DNA of 64,000 nucleotides from Ramazzottius varieornatus (taxonomy: Eukaryota > Animalia > Tardigrada), in the NCBI GenBank assembly GCA_001949185.1, contig BDGG01000004.1:3505777-3569776 (forward strand). Reading direction: 5' to 3'. The first letter of the stretch is position 1. Every line of letters starts with the position of its first letter. A program made the translations under genes and the position numbers. Under the pieces are notes generated by a model. That model was not told where the DNA came from, searched no databases, and was given only the letters and a program-made list of their open reading frames with translations. Of this stretch, positions 44,532 to 62,329 are shown piece by piece.

Positions 44532-45437
44532 TGTTCCAGACCTAGATGCCAGAACCAGCGTTTCACACGAACTACTGAGAAGGCACATATTGCCAAATAC
44601 TGCGGGCTTCAGCGGCATCCTACTTACATGTTGTCAAACGTGGAGGCAGAGGATGAAGCAACGCAACGACTTCCTCTCCTTCCCCGGAAGCTCCGTACAC
44701 TGTTGGAATATCCCGTTCCGATATAAGCGCAAAAGCTTCAGAGAAGACCGTTAGAAACTCTTCAAATGTCGGAAAACGATCTACACTGCTCGAGCTTGAT
44801 CAGCGACGATAATTCAACAGGCTCGCTGATGTCATCCGTGCGCTTCCATATTAGCATTCAGTTCGAATCACAAGGCACGCGACTTTTCCTAGTACAGTTG
44901 TATATATCTTTGCACGTGGCTTACTCTATTTATTTGAAACACTAAGCTGGTGAGGCGATGAGGCGTGTACGAGTTTTCGCAATCTTGCAATAGTAACACT
45001 CGTTAATTTCGAACTGCGAATTGAATTTTTGATTTTTGATTAATCCAGTTTTCGAAGTTTCAGTTAACGGAAGATTCCTCGGAATTCGGAGACTCGGTAA
45101 CGTTCAGGCAGGTGCTGTTTGCTGCTCGTTGAGACTTTTTACAGTGTTTTGCTGGTTGTACATCAGTAACATCACTGTCATCGGTGCTTCGGATCGGATA
45201 ACACTGGACTCTACAGGTAGAAGATAGATCGCGACGATCATTGCGTGGATCTACACCACTTCCGGTGGGCTGTTTGCGCCGGCTTCTTCCGTTTCTTCAG
45301 AAGGTAGTCACCGTGGGGTACATCGTGGAATGACCGTCGCTGTCCTCGAGAATGCCAACAGGATGAGGCGGATGTTCGTCTCGGTTTCGGAGAGCTGAAG
45401 GTTGTGTCAAGTGCGCACTCAAAGAATTTGGACAAGG

Positions 45438-48417
45438 ATGATCATCATGGTCTGCAATATGCAGTTAACGCAATGCTGGTAAGGAGTGGTACACGACAGA
45501 TTTTCACCATAACTTCTAAAACGACTGCATAATTTTGGTACGTTTGTAGGTCTGGGACGAGGGCGGCTTCGTCCAAGAGACTGCTGGAATATGCGAGGAA
45601 AGTAACGAGCTTCCGGTGCGGGTCGACGCTAGGGTCCGTTTGGTCGCAAACGAAGCAGGGTTCCGTAGAAATACCTTTCGCCAATGGGAAAACCATGACC
45701 GTTAGCACTGGTCAGTTGGCTCGCTTCGCCGACGGAAGCGCGGTGGTGCAGCTCGGCGAAACATCCGTCTTGGTCACTGCAGTATGCAAAGCTTTAACAT
45801 CCAACAACAATTCCTTCGTCCCTCTTGTCGTGGACTATCGACAAAAAGCCGCGGCAGCCGGCAGGATACCGACGAATTTTCTGCGGAAAGACCTCGGTGC
45901 GTCTGAAAAAGAAATTCTAACCAGCCGGATGATCGACCGGTTTGTTTCCCCTTTCCGTCAATTTGTTACTTTTCCCTCGTATTTTTTACACAGTGTATTC
46001 ACGCTTCGTGCTTTTTGTTTCAGGTCGGTACGTCCCCTGTTTCGCTCTGCCGAGATTTACGACACACAGATTATGTGTAACCTTCTAGCGGTGGATGCGA
46101 AGAACGATCCCGACATCCTAGCGATAAACGGTGCGTCGGCCGCGCTTTTGCTGTCGGGCGTACCGTGGGAAGGACCCATCGGAGCTGTTCGCGTGGGGCT
46201 TCTCGACAACGACCTTGTGGTTAACCCGACCAGGAAAGAACAGCAGTCCAGCAAGCTTAACCTGGTCATAGCAGCAACGGAAGGCAACAAGGTCCTGATG
46301 ATCGACGCTTCTGCCAACAACGTGATACAGCAAGACTTCATGAAAGCTGTGAAGTTCGGTGTGAAAGAAGCCCAGAAGGTCATAAGACAACTAAAAGAAC
46401 TGCATAAGATGTCCGGTAAGCCTAGAAGGGTGAAGGCCGAACAGCCTAAGAAAGCCCTGACACCTGTGACTGAGGTGCAAGCTGTCGAGGAACGTGCGGT
46501 AGATAGCGGTGAGGAAGTTACCGGTGAAGCCGTGGAACAGCCACGTCAACCTCCTTCCGATGAGGAGGTTCTAGAAAGATGCTCCAGCATGGCATATGAG
46601 AGTCTTCGAACGATCTTTACTGATCCAGCACACGACAAGATATCCCGGGATGTGGCTGTGACGGAAGTGCGTGTGGCGACCGTGGACACGTTACGGAAAG
46701 AGTTTCCGACGTATGAAGCGATGAAGTTCTCAGACGTCTTCAACAAACTATCGAAAGACACCTTCCGGAATCTTATATTCGAAATGAATAAACGGTACCG
46801 ACGCTCTTTGGTATATGGCCGTTCCATCCTTGATGTTTCTTTGTTGGTTGCTGTTTGCAGATGTGATGGGCGAGGCTTGGATGATCTGCGGTACATTTCC
46901 TGTCAGACCGACATACACAAACCTCTTCACGGTTCTGCTCTGTTCCAGCGAGGACAGACGCAGGTCTTGTGTACGGTGACGTTTGATTCCTTGGATTCCG
47001 CTTGGAAAGCTGATCCCGCTTCAGTTATTCTAAGGTACAAGGAACCGAAATAAGGTACATTACTAGCAGTTCATAAAATGGGTGATGAAGGGTGCTTTTT
47101 TTCAGTGGTTTGAAGGAGAAGAACTTCATGCTGCATTACGAGTTCCCGCCTTACGCGACGAACGAGACTGGTCGCCTCAGTGCCTTTGGTCGTCGTGAGC
47201 TCGGGCACGGAGCCTTGGCTGAGAAGGCTTTACGAGCTGTGATACCGCCGGACTTTCCTTTCACTATCCGTCTAACTTCTGAGGTGCTGGAGTCAAATGG
47301 ATCCTCCAGTATGGCCACAGTCTGTGGTGGTAGTCTCGCCCTCATGGACGCTGGCGTCCCCATCTCTGAACCTGCCGCTGGTGTTGCAGTTGGTCTTGTG
47401 ACTAAGTATGACGAGAGTGGAGAGGAGATCGTAGAGTATCGTATCCTAACCGATCTTCTAGGTAAAAATTTCGTTCTTTCGTTCATGTTGTGTAGTCAGA
47501 CGAAGATATGTGATTATATGGTGTTATTTTATTGCAGGTATCGAGGACTATCTGGGTGACATGGATTTCAAGTTAGCTGGGACGCGCACTGGCATCACAG
47601 CGCTCCAGCTTGACGTGAAGATTCCCGGCCTTCCCCAGAAGATCGTGATGGAAGCCATCCAGAAAGGCTCGGACGGTCGGAACAGAGTACTCAATATCAT
47701 GAACGAGTGCCTGGATACCCCACGGACAATGCGAAAAGATAACGCGCCGGTTGTGGAGAAGCTTGAGGTACCTGCACATAAACGAGCCAAGTTCATTGGC
47801 TTCGGCGGATATAACCTGAAAAAGCTAACTTCGGAAACAGGTAAGAACCTCTAACAGCATTGAACAGATTCTAGTAATGTAAAGGCCGGTGAGGTTGCCG
47901 GGTCCTAAGTAGCCTACTATGGTTTCAGGCGTTCACATTTCCTCGGAGGATGAAGGTACCTATAGTCTCTTCGCACCGAACCAAGCAGCCATGGACGAAG
48001 CGAAGCAAGCAATAAAAGCCATCTTGGAAGAAGAGAAAGAGCCGGAACTGCAGTTTGGGGCCGTCTACACAGCGAAGATCATGGAGATTCGGGACAACGG
48101 GATACTAGTCTCCTTTTTCCCCAATCAAGTTCCGTTCCTGATACCAAACTCACAACTGGATACTCGGAAGATTGGCCATGCTGAAGTATTAGGCTTCCAA
48201 GTTGGACAAGAGATATCCGTCAAGTACTTCGGAAGGTAAACTGCCCTGTTGCCCTTTCTTGGAGTCTTTGGCGAATGTCTACTGAAGCACTGTCATTACC
48301 TTCTGCAGGGATCCAGCTACGGGAAGACATAGAGCGTCAAGGAAGGTTCTCATGAGTTTGCCTTCTAGTGTTCCCAAGAACCTGTCTCCAGAGAAAGCTA
48401 CCGCGAGTGCAAGCTAG
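45438..48417 (+). CDS. PNPT1: Mitochondrial polyribonucleotide nucleotidyltransferase (PNPase), multi-exon
   Basis: [57 protein letters not shown] and [10 protein letters not shown], plus KH and S1 domains and a basic N-terminal presequence. The start is approximate. Confidence 0.95.
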
Positions 48418-48845
48418 GAGACTAGGGCCAGGGAGTCTTTCCGCAGCTTTGAGGTTTGATTGTTTTACTGGACTTGTTTTACTGGATATGTTTGACGCTC
48501 AAATGTACAGAAACTAATATGTATTTCCAGTGTTGTTTCTGTTACATGTTACTCTTTAATCTATCTTTTACTGCTAAAATATTCGTATAATCCACAAAAC
48601 GATACATGTGACGCTTTTGAGAATAGAGAGTAGAAAATGACGTACTACATGGTTTTGAAACAAAAAAGACGCTGCTTGGCTTAGATCTAAGAGGCAATCT
48701 TTTTGCAATAATTCTGCTAACAAACTGTTCTCTTAAATTATGCTTAAAGGTATCCAAAAGTCTTCTCGATCAACCGGTGTCCGCATATGTTGGCGCCTTA
48801 AAATCTGTGATCTATTTTGTCCATCTCTTTCCAGACGGATGTCAG

Positions 48846-50406
<1,561 letters not shown>

Positions 50407-53400
50407 CTGAAATTAGGACAGGTGGGTGGATTTCGGTTTGTCGAAGTTGATTTTCTATCGGCTTGTGTTTCGCACCACCGTTCGCGAGCTACTCGGTACA
50501 AAGCTCCATGTTACGCCGGCACATCGTTCGAGTGTTGTGAAGTCCTAGTAAATTGGCATATAGTGCCCCAGTTTTCTTGCATGGTTTGTTTATAGTATTT
50601 TACTCCTGAGATTCGTCGTCGTGAGGGAAAAAGCGGAAAAGCTTAGAGGGCTCAATTATGTCATAAGCGGAGAGGCATACTCTGTGCTAAATGAGCGTTG
50701 GAGATGCTGATTGACGGCCGACCTTGATCTTGAGATTGGTAAGCAAACATCTTTGTCACTTCTTGCTGACGATCTCTCACTATGGATTTGTGCATAAAAC
50801 GATCAACGTCCGTACGCTCCACTTCAAGCGACAAGGAACCGGCTCTCTCAATTGTCCGGTAATCCATCTCAACGGATGACGCAATTTGAAAAGTAACCCA
50901 ACGAACCGTTCCATCCGATGGTCCGTATTATACTATTTCGTTTGCATAGGTACTACAGCAGTAGTACTACAGCGTCCCGTTGCTTTCTAAAGCTTTGTGA
51001 GAAGTGAGACGGGATCTGATCAATCTGACAAGGATCAGATCGCTGTTTCAGGAAATTCGGTTTTCACCTTTTCGAAATCAGAAGCAGTTCCCTTCAACAC
51101 CCCACCGAATTTACCTCTTGATTGCTGCAGTATTGATAGAAGTGGCTCAACCTAAGATTTAATCTGTTATGTTCAACAGGTTGATTTTAGCGTCTGACTT
51201 CAATCTACAGTATCCTGAAAATTTTGAAGTCGACTTCTAGTCTCATAAAACTTCTAACATACGAAATCCGAGTTGTTTCTAGGGTTCTTTCTATAGTTCG
51301 TAACTGCTGTATTTTATATGCGCCGATTTTGTCGGCGATTTTCAGCTCTTGGAGATTTGATGGCCGTTTATAGCGGAGCTGTTGAACAACGGCACAGTTT
51401 CTTCTGTGGACTTTTCGACAATGGTCAATATGACGGGGCCTGTTCGGACGCGTGCTGGAACCTCATAAAGCAGGATGACTCCCATTAAGCCGGCTTCAGA
51501 CTTTGTTCTCTTCGCGCTCCTCGATTTTTACGACCTACTTTTCTAAGCAATTACATCATGTCATGTTCAAATATCAATGCCACATTTTCATGCTTCGTTT
51601 AGCTTAGAATATCGAGAAGCCGGTAAAGTTCCAACAGTAAAGGCTGGCTGGCTCAAAAGCTATAGCACCATATTAGCATACTGTGAATCGCGCGGCACAA
51701 GTTCTGGCAAAGACTCGCTAGGAACTACCGCAACTCGCAACCGTGCAGTTGGATTTCTCAATATTGGAAACAAATGGGAAGGCCGGCAAGGACTCTCGGG
51801 ATTATTGTTGCCTTAACGGGCGCAAGTTTGCAGCCAATAACAAGGAAAAATGCGCCACTTGGGATAACGATCTTCCTGAGAGTGTTTTCCGGCCTCCCAT
51901 TTATTTGAACATTTTCTAGCAAGGCTCGCACAAACATTAATCAAATCAAATCGCATCGGCATAAGCACAGAAGCATCTGTGCTTTTGCCGATGGCAGGTG
52001 TCGACGGCGGACTAAAATAACACTAGCTACATTTCACGATTATAAATTAAGCACTGATCTGTTTATCAGGACCAAACAGTCAAGGTGACCAGCAATGTCC
52101 ATGTATCCTCAGCCAAATATTCAACAAGTTGTTGGAGACATACTACTTACTTCTAAAATATTTTTGCTCTATTCATCCTATGAGAAACGGTATACTTGGA
52201 AAACGGTCAGTACTATGAGGCGTCTTCACAAGCGGGCACGCCTATCCTAATCTCTTCCAGACAGTCTATCTTCCAACAACTGCCGCTATCTACTGACCAT
52301 ATCGTTTTCTGTCTGAATACTTTTTCCGACTCGGTATAAAGGAAAGTGGAAGACTTACATCGGTAATGTCCTTGACTTCCATTCCGAGTGATGTCATCTG
52401 CCGATATTCCACAGTGTCGGGGTTCTTCCCCTGCGGAAGCTTCCGCGGAGACTGGAAAGGGTCGCTTGATGTGAAGTCCATGCCTAAAGGTCTGGAAGAT
52501 TAGTTTTAACTGTCAGATGATTGGTCGCAGACACAACTTCCGGGGCCTTCGCGTGAGTCGACGATGACCGGATGAAGACTGTGCCCCTGTGGAGTTCCTA
52601 CTTCGTTGTCAAGCTCGTGCGACCGTCCATGGTCACTTTCTGCACCGCAAAAACAGCTTCGAACAAATTAGTAGGTATAGAAAGGTTTTGCGGTACTGTG
52701 TACGGCACGGTATGTGCGACAATTCGCGGAATTGACCCACTACAAATTAAATTTCCAGCTAACGCATGTGAGAGCAATGTCGAGCAAGGATCATATGAAC
52801 TACTGGCCATGAGAAGATTAATCCGCGTCCAAGGCTGTCCGTTCGACAAGTGAAGGTAACCGATCGTCCTTCCAGTACACAAAGTGGGCCGGCGTTACAC
52901 TTTTACGGCACGATTGCTCGGGTCTCTGTATGCTTCACCGGCTCCTGCTTTGTACGGTGATGTATGTCATATCAGGTAAATTCATAGCAAACTTCATAAT
53001 CACCCTACGTCCAAAACAGCCATTTTTGAATCGTACGTCAGAGACTCACAGTAACCAAACGAACAGTGAACGGAAGATCCTCGAGCAATCTGAAGTTTAA
53101 CCCGAACTGGAAGCCCTCGATGACCCTTGAAGCGGGCAATCTGAAAAGGATTCTTTTGCGCCGATTCGGCCACGGGACACTCAAGTACAGTAGTACCAGT
53201 GCCCGGTAGTACATCATCTCTTGTATACAAGAGGAATTGTGAATTTTTACTTTATTACCTGAATATTTCCAAGTAGTCGGCGGACTAGACAGGGGCTTAT
53301 GCGGCGTTACTGCTCGTAGACATGGTGTTAGAGACAGATCGCAGCGACGTGGATCTCTGCACCGGTTAGAAGAGCACCGGTACCGCAGCTGACGTGGTAC

Positions 53401-55262
53401 CTCACTCAGATGTTAAACTGGTTGTCCGTTTCTCAAGTTTCACTTTTCAAGTTTGAAGAGCGACCTTGATCTTGAAACTTTCGCTCGACGAGTAATCTGT
53501 GGTACGTGATGAAGCTTGTTACGTAAGTCTTGCAGAACTTCCTCAAGCTCTAAAGAAACCGCAAATTTATGTTAGCGCACTAATCTTCAACAAACAAAGC
53601 AAAGCCAGTCTGGATAGCTATACTAAATTAGCACATAATGGCCACCTTGTAAATACGGTTCTTTGTATGATATAGTACGGTATTCAACTCATCTCTGAAG
53701 TTTGAGTATTGTGGATAACCAGCCGTCGACTTCGGCGATGTTCAAGTTATTTTTGTTTCCACTGGACGAGTAAAAGTTATCCATGGTACGATAAAAACAT
53801 AGTGAAACTAAAACATTGAGCAAATAAAGCCTCAAGATGTGGCCCCCTTTTTTTCTCATTGTTTTGGTTTCGCTATGATGAGAATGGAGATGTCCTAACG
53901 TTGACTGTAATTAGCACGTATTGTTCCCGGTGACAAGCTAGTTGTCTAATTGACCTGTTAATCAGCCAGAAGTGTCAAAAAATTGACGGCCGCGCCTTTG
54001 TGAACGAAACCATCTAATCACCGGCAAGCAACCCATTTCCTTTGCATGAGAATACTGGTAATTAAGAAGCATTTTTTTTCTGCCCACTGGTCAACGACAC
54101 CTCAGACAGCAAAACGAGTATGATTAGGTTCAGGAGCCTCACTGCAATCGATCACTCTACTGCCTCGTTAGTGAACGGAACGACCCTTCCGGCCCTTAAC
54201 TCCCCGGGAAAAAATCTGCCGGCCGCCCATTCTAGTTTCTTGATGGTCATCTCAGCAACTGCTACAAACCGCGATACTCCAGTGAGAAAGAATTCCGAAG
54301 AAGTGGTGGACAGTTGACATCTTTTCTCACATTGTGGGAGGCTGAATTTAAAACTTAGTTCACAGCTACAGTTCACATTTTTACAACCCCATGAAGTATG
54401 GATTTTCCATCTGATTCTTAAGGCATTCCATGAGCGAGAAGTCAGGAAGCAAAATCACAATGCTCGACATGTCCAGTGATCTGAAACGTATTCTTCCCTC
54501 TAGACAATAGCCTATAATTGGGCAAGAGTGGAGTAATTGTTTCAGCATAACATCCAGCTCAATAAGGCGGAATTCTGTTCAGCTGTACTCGGTCTGTACT
54601 TCCTCTCTCCTCTGCAGCTACTTATTAATCCGCGATATAGTTCATCCGCCTACCTGAAGCCAGAATCTTTCATCCTCATTTCAACTTCGAATGGAGAACG
54701 ATGGCACAAGAAGTCTCAATCTTCAAATATTCAAATGCGTGTATTGAAGTGGAAATATTTTATTTTCATTTGAGACCTAGTAGTCAGTCACACAGCATTC
54801 CAATCATGGAACGCTTGAATGTCGTCCTTGCTCCCTATAGTATCGCTCTATATAATTGAAAACCTTTCAGTAAGCTATCGCAGACGATGCAACTTCCCCT
54901 TGGTCACTAAGCTTTTGTGCTTCACACAATGCTAATCGTTCTTCAACTCAAATATTCCATATTTTTGGAAAGATCTCATTCTTTTTCCGCCGCGTGGAGT
55001 TCGGATTTGATATTGTCTGTATTATTTCTAATCCACACAAGTTTACTATCCCACTGAAAAAAACATTGGAAGATCAATGCGTGATAAAGAAATTTACTCA
55101 GCTAAGGGAAAATCCATCATTTTGTATAAAACAAAATAAAAACAAGTCGATAGTATTGCTGAGCATATGACCTTGTTGAAAGACGTCTGCCACAAAATAT
55201 ACCACAGAATGTCCGACGCAGGCAGTCGAAACTTCGCAAAGAGCACCAAACAGTCTGGGAAC

Positions 55263-56867
55263 TTAATCAAGGTCGTCAATGACAATTTCTTCTTGATCTT
55301 GGTCAAACTTGAGAGCAAATTCATTTTTCTTCTTGATAACTCTTCGTACCTGGTTTGCCCTGACGAGCCAAGGAGTGGCGTTTTCATCGTCGCCGGTCTG
55401 GGAAGAATCAACAGGTGTGGCGGCACCGAAGATGGACTTCTTGAAGGGGTTGGCGCTCTTTGACTTGGGGAAGGGCTTGGCATGCGCCACGTCCCTCCTT
55501 GCACCGGCTTTCTTACCGAGAGCCAGAGAGTAGTCGGCGTGGGCAGCCAACGTTTCTAACTGCGGGAAGGTTCGTTGTTTCTTCACTCGTGGCAAACCGT
55601 CGGTTTCTGCTGGAGGAGTCTGAGGGTCGATTGGACTGTCTTCTGGCGACCTGAGCCACTCTTGTGGTGCCGGACTACAACAAACAGTTCACGTACGAAA
55701 GACCGCGCTACAACAGGCCCAAATGCAATGCACTCTACCTTTCAGCGATGAACCGTTTAATCTGGGTCTGCGGCAAGCCAGCTTGCTGATTGAGCATCTT
55801 CGACAGGCTAGAAATTTTACATACATTTCGATGGCGCTCTTCTTCCAGATCATGAACCTGTGTTTTCAAGAGCTCTACAGCTTTCCTCCGTTGATCCAGC
55901 TCGAGAGTAAGTTGCAGCTCTTTCGAACTCCAACCATCGCACTCTGCTTGCAGTTTCTTACGAGCTTTCTCTTCCTTATCTAGCTGACTGCAATAAGAGG
56001 ACAATTATACTGAATACATGATGCTTAGGTTCTTTTCTTATGGTATTTCGGGACGGGAAGTCATGCTCGACCACATACCTTTTCAAGGCGCCTATGCAGG
56101 CAGCTAAATTTTGCCGTATGGAGAAAGAGTCGCTGCTGCTCAAAGCGGTCTCCAGCACACTGTCCACCTCCACCGCACTTCCGCTGGTGCAGACTCTAAG
56201 CCTGAAAGCAATAATAGGCAATTGATCTTGTTGCAGTGGAATATACAAGAAAGACTGCAACGGGAGAATTAAGAGTTCGACTTGAGACGTACCACTGTAG
56301 TTGCTGGTTTTCATCTCGTAGTTTCTTTGTTTCTTCTTTCATTTTGTCTCTTTCTTTCCTAACTTCCCTGCTGTCGTGCGCAATTAGCCTTTGGCATTCT
56401 TTGGACTTTTGCAGTTCTTTGGTTAGATGAAGAACGTTAGCTTCGGCTTCAACTAGTCTTGTCTTGTTCTCTGCAGCTTCAGCGAGTCCTTCCGCCGAAG
56501 ATTTGCTGAGGATGTCAAATTGGTCCTTGAGGTGGTGGTACTTGTTCTTGAATTCATTGAGCTTCGCTTCCTCCGTGGAAGCGTCCACCACTGTTGTGTC
56601 GAGTTCGGACGATGTTTCAGTGAGGTAGATGGCGATGACATCTCGTTTGTTGCATGGTTGTCGACAATTAGGGCAATCTTTTCCCCGTCCATCCTACAAA
56701 CGAGCGTAGCCTCGAATCAAGGTGTTCAGACGCGTAAACGCTATAGGGATGCTTACCACCAGCCACGAAGTAATGCAGGACGAATGATAGACATGACCGC
56801 ACTTGGTAGTAGAGAATCCTCCAGCCAGATAGTCCGGTGATAGGCAGATGGAACATCTGAACTTCAT
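55263..56867 (-). CDS. N-terminal RING-H2 plus coiled-coil E3 ligase, TRAIP/NOPO-like, multi-exon
   Basis: MKFRCSICLSPDYLAGGFSTTKCGHVYHSSCITSWLV|DGRGKDCPNCR, followed by long coiled-coil exons and a basic tail ending EEIVIDDLD*. The RING exon is absent from the ORF track. Confidence 0.75.
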
Positions 56868-57114
56868 CTTCAACGTCCGTAAGCTGATTCCAGATCAGAC
56901 TGGCAATTCACATTCCAACGGCGAACGCGTCAGTTCACGCGAGTTGCTCACCTAAGGCTCAATGATCTCCCAAGATTCCCCGATCTCCTGCCGTTACTCC
57001 GGACCTCTGCTCTCCAAAGAGATGCACCAAGACTTGGATCAATAACCTCCAAAGAAAACAGTCGCGCTTTTTCGCAAACTTTTTCACGGTGAGTTGTCAT
57101 AAGGTCACCCAGCT

Positions 57115-58611
57115 GTTTTAGGGGGTGAGGAGCATCATTCCCTCCGTTACAAAATCCCGCGGTGAAACCCGGATGTATCGCATCCCGGGTGTACCTAATC
57201 CCGTTCTACGTACAATCCCGCGATCGACAAATTCCGGGATTTGTACAAAAAAACCGGGAGGATGAAATCTTGGAGGAACTTTACAGTGATCGGACTTCGT
57301 GTGTATCTCGGGTTAAAAAGTCCCGGCGATCCCTGCACCTTTCTCGGGAATCACATTCTCCGTCAAGACACGCTTTCTGGATTGGTAAAATTTTCTTATG
57401 CCTCATGTGAATATACTCACTGTGAGTAATGACAGTTGTGAGAGTTTCCTACTGTTTGCAGTTGTGAGAGTTTGCCACTCTGTTCGAAACCTGACTGTTC
57501 GAAATTCGTCTACCTGTCGAATCTTTCTCTACTGGGTCGTTTGGATCCACCCGCGCTAATTCCTTTTGTGCATAGTGCGACCGTTATGGATCGAATTCGT
57601 CACTTTACCTGGATCTCATTCCTTGTTGCATCAACGCACATCCGCAAAACGCTTTTGCATCAAGTCACAGAAAAAGATTAGTACGAGGGAGAGGTTGTCG
57701 AGTGGCCCCACCACTTAGGAGTTATGGAGTGGGCCAGTCAGTGTTTTCGCTAACTATCCACTATTTCCGTAAAGTTTTCCGATGAAACGCTGGAGAATAT
57801 CTTTTTGTATGTCTGTGCACAGGTTATTAGCAGAGAAAAATTTAAGATGCTCGAAATGAGATGCCCGATCTGGAAAATGATCGCATCCCATGTTAAAAAG
57901 CCTGAGCATAAAATAGTAGAGAGGCCACAAGAGGCGCTGCTGTCGCCTTTCCGAGTGAGTCACTCAGCAAAACTGAATCGTACAGCAGGGCCAAATTTAC
58001 AAAACAAGCATACGAAATCGTTTCTGAGGACATTCTCTTATTCATCTCAAGCATGTCGTCTCCCAAGCTCGTCAGTGCTGCAGAAGCCCAAAAGCAGCTA
58101 ACGGTAGAAACTGCAGTTCAAAGCTGGACCGTAAGCAACATACGACAAATCTAAACCTGCGGTGTAGCTCGAACCGCCAGTTGAACAAGCGCATTGTGTG
58201 TGGTGCCACCCTATACCACAGCTATTTTTGCGGTGGCCCACTCCATAAACCCAAAATGATGTGGCCCACTCGATAACCTCTCCCTCGTACAAAAAAACCT
58301 CAGGATTGTAGTTTCCCGGGATTACCTGTCGATTTCGAATTAGTAAATTCCGTCGGGTGGAGAATTTCCATATGTGAGGGTGATCCCGAGATTTTGGGCC
58401 ACCGAAATTTTCGAAAATTTTCCGGGATTTGAGTTTTACGAGATTTGCTACCACGGGCATCAGGTACGTCCGGATTCTATCTCAACGGGGATTTTTTTGA
58501 TTTCAGGGGGTCTGAGTTACTCGAGAGTTAGTACCACCGGGATTGCGTCCCGGAAATACTGAGTCGCGGGATACTGGAATCCCGGGATTTCGGACCGGTA
58601 CCGTTTTAGGG
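57115..58611. mobile_element. Putative non-autonomous DNA transposon (MULE-like) with 9-bp direct flanks and subterminal ATCCCG repeats
   Basis: GTTTTAGGG at 57115-57123 and 58603-58611. ATCCCG/CGGGAT-like motifs cluster at both ends (57150-57350 and 58310-58595). No transposase ORF. Confidence 0.5.
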
Positions 58612-59099
58612 CTGCCCTTCGTGCACCGATTTCAAAATGAGCAAGCCCTTGTACCTACTTGTTGGTAGACTTGCTGGAAATTCTCAGTTTTTGGCGAATT
58701 TAGCGAATGAGGGGACAGGTATCGAGCGCAGGTGTGCAGTGAGCATCAGAACATGACGACTCGCACCTGAAAACAGCGGTTCCCTCACCGTTTAACTCGA
58801 TTAGATGCACTCGAACGCTGAACAACTACAAGACTGCTTGGTTGACGAAAATTTGCACTGCGTGCATTCAGACGGTAAACAGGCTGAACAAAGTAGTCGA
58901 ATTGAGCCAATCGCAAATTTATTCAGGAAATGGAGAATTTCCAGCAACTCTACTTGGTGGTCTGAAAATTTTCTTCGTTCAGCCGATTTCGGAGTTCGGA
59001 CAGCGATTTTGAGCCGACGTGCGAACGAGTCGGAGGTCATCGGAAGTTTCATAGTTTTCAATTTTCATTTTCAACTATCCGATTTTGTGTCTTGGAGAA

Positions 59100-61910
<2,811 letters not shown>

Positions 61911-62329
61911 CGCTACGGAAGCGTCTGTTAACGCTGCTGACCACGAGAATCAACTAGCTCAATATTTCCTGCTGTACAATGATAGCTTCAGCCACGTTCT
62001 TCTTCAGTTTTTATTGTCGTTGCGACACTCCACTCTTAAAACATACTTATTTTCTCGTCGCTAGTTTCACCTGTCCAAGAACTCTCACCATCTTGCTCTA
62101 CATATAGGCGTTCATCACGCTGTACGGCACGTCGTTAAAAAGTGAAAATCACCTCACCAAAAAATCGAACCAGCCACTTTCTTCGTAGCTAGCTTCATGC
62201 AGGAAGTTTCGGGGAAGGACCATTGCTGGATCCAGACTGCAGCTGACATAAGTCAGTGAGATCAAAGAGTCTTTTCCGTGGCTCACCGGAAGTAGTTCTT
62301 GGAGCTGCTTCTGTTGTGTGAAGTACGAA

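Noticed and set aside
44855-44875. GTTCGAATC resembling a tRNA T-loop
   Set aside because: No cloverleaf stems or A-box found.
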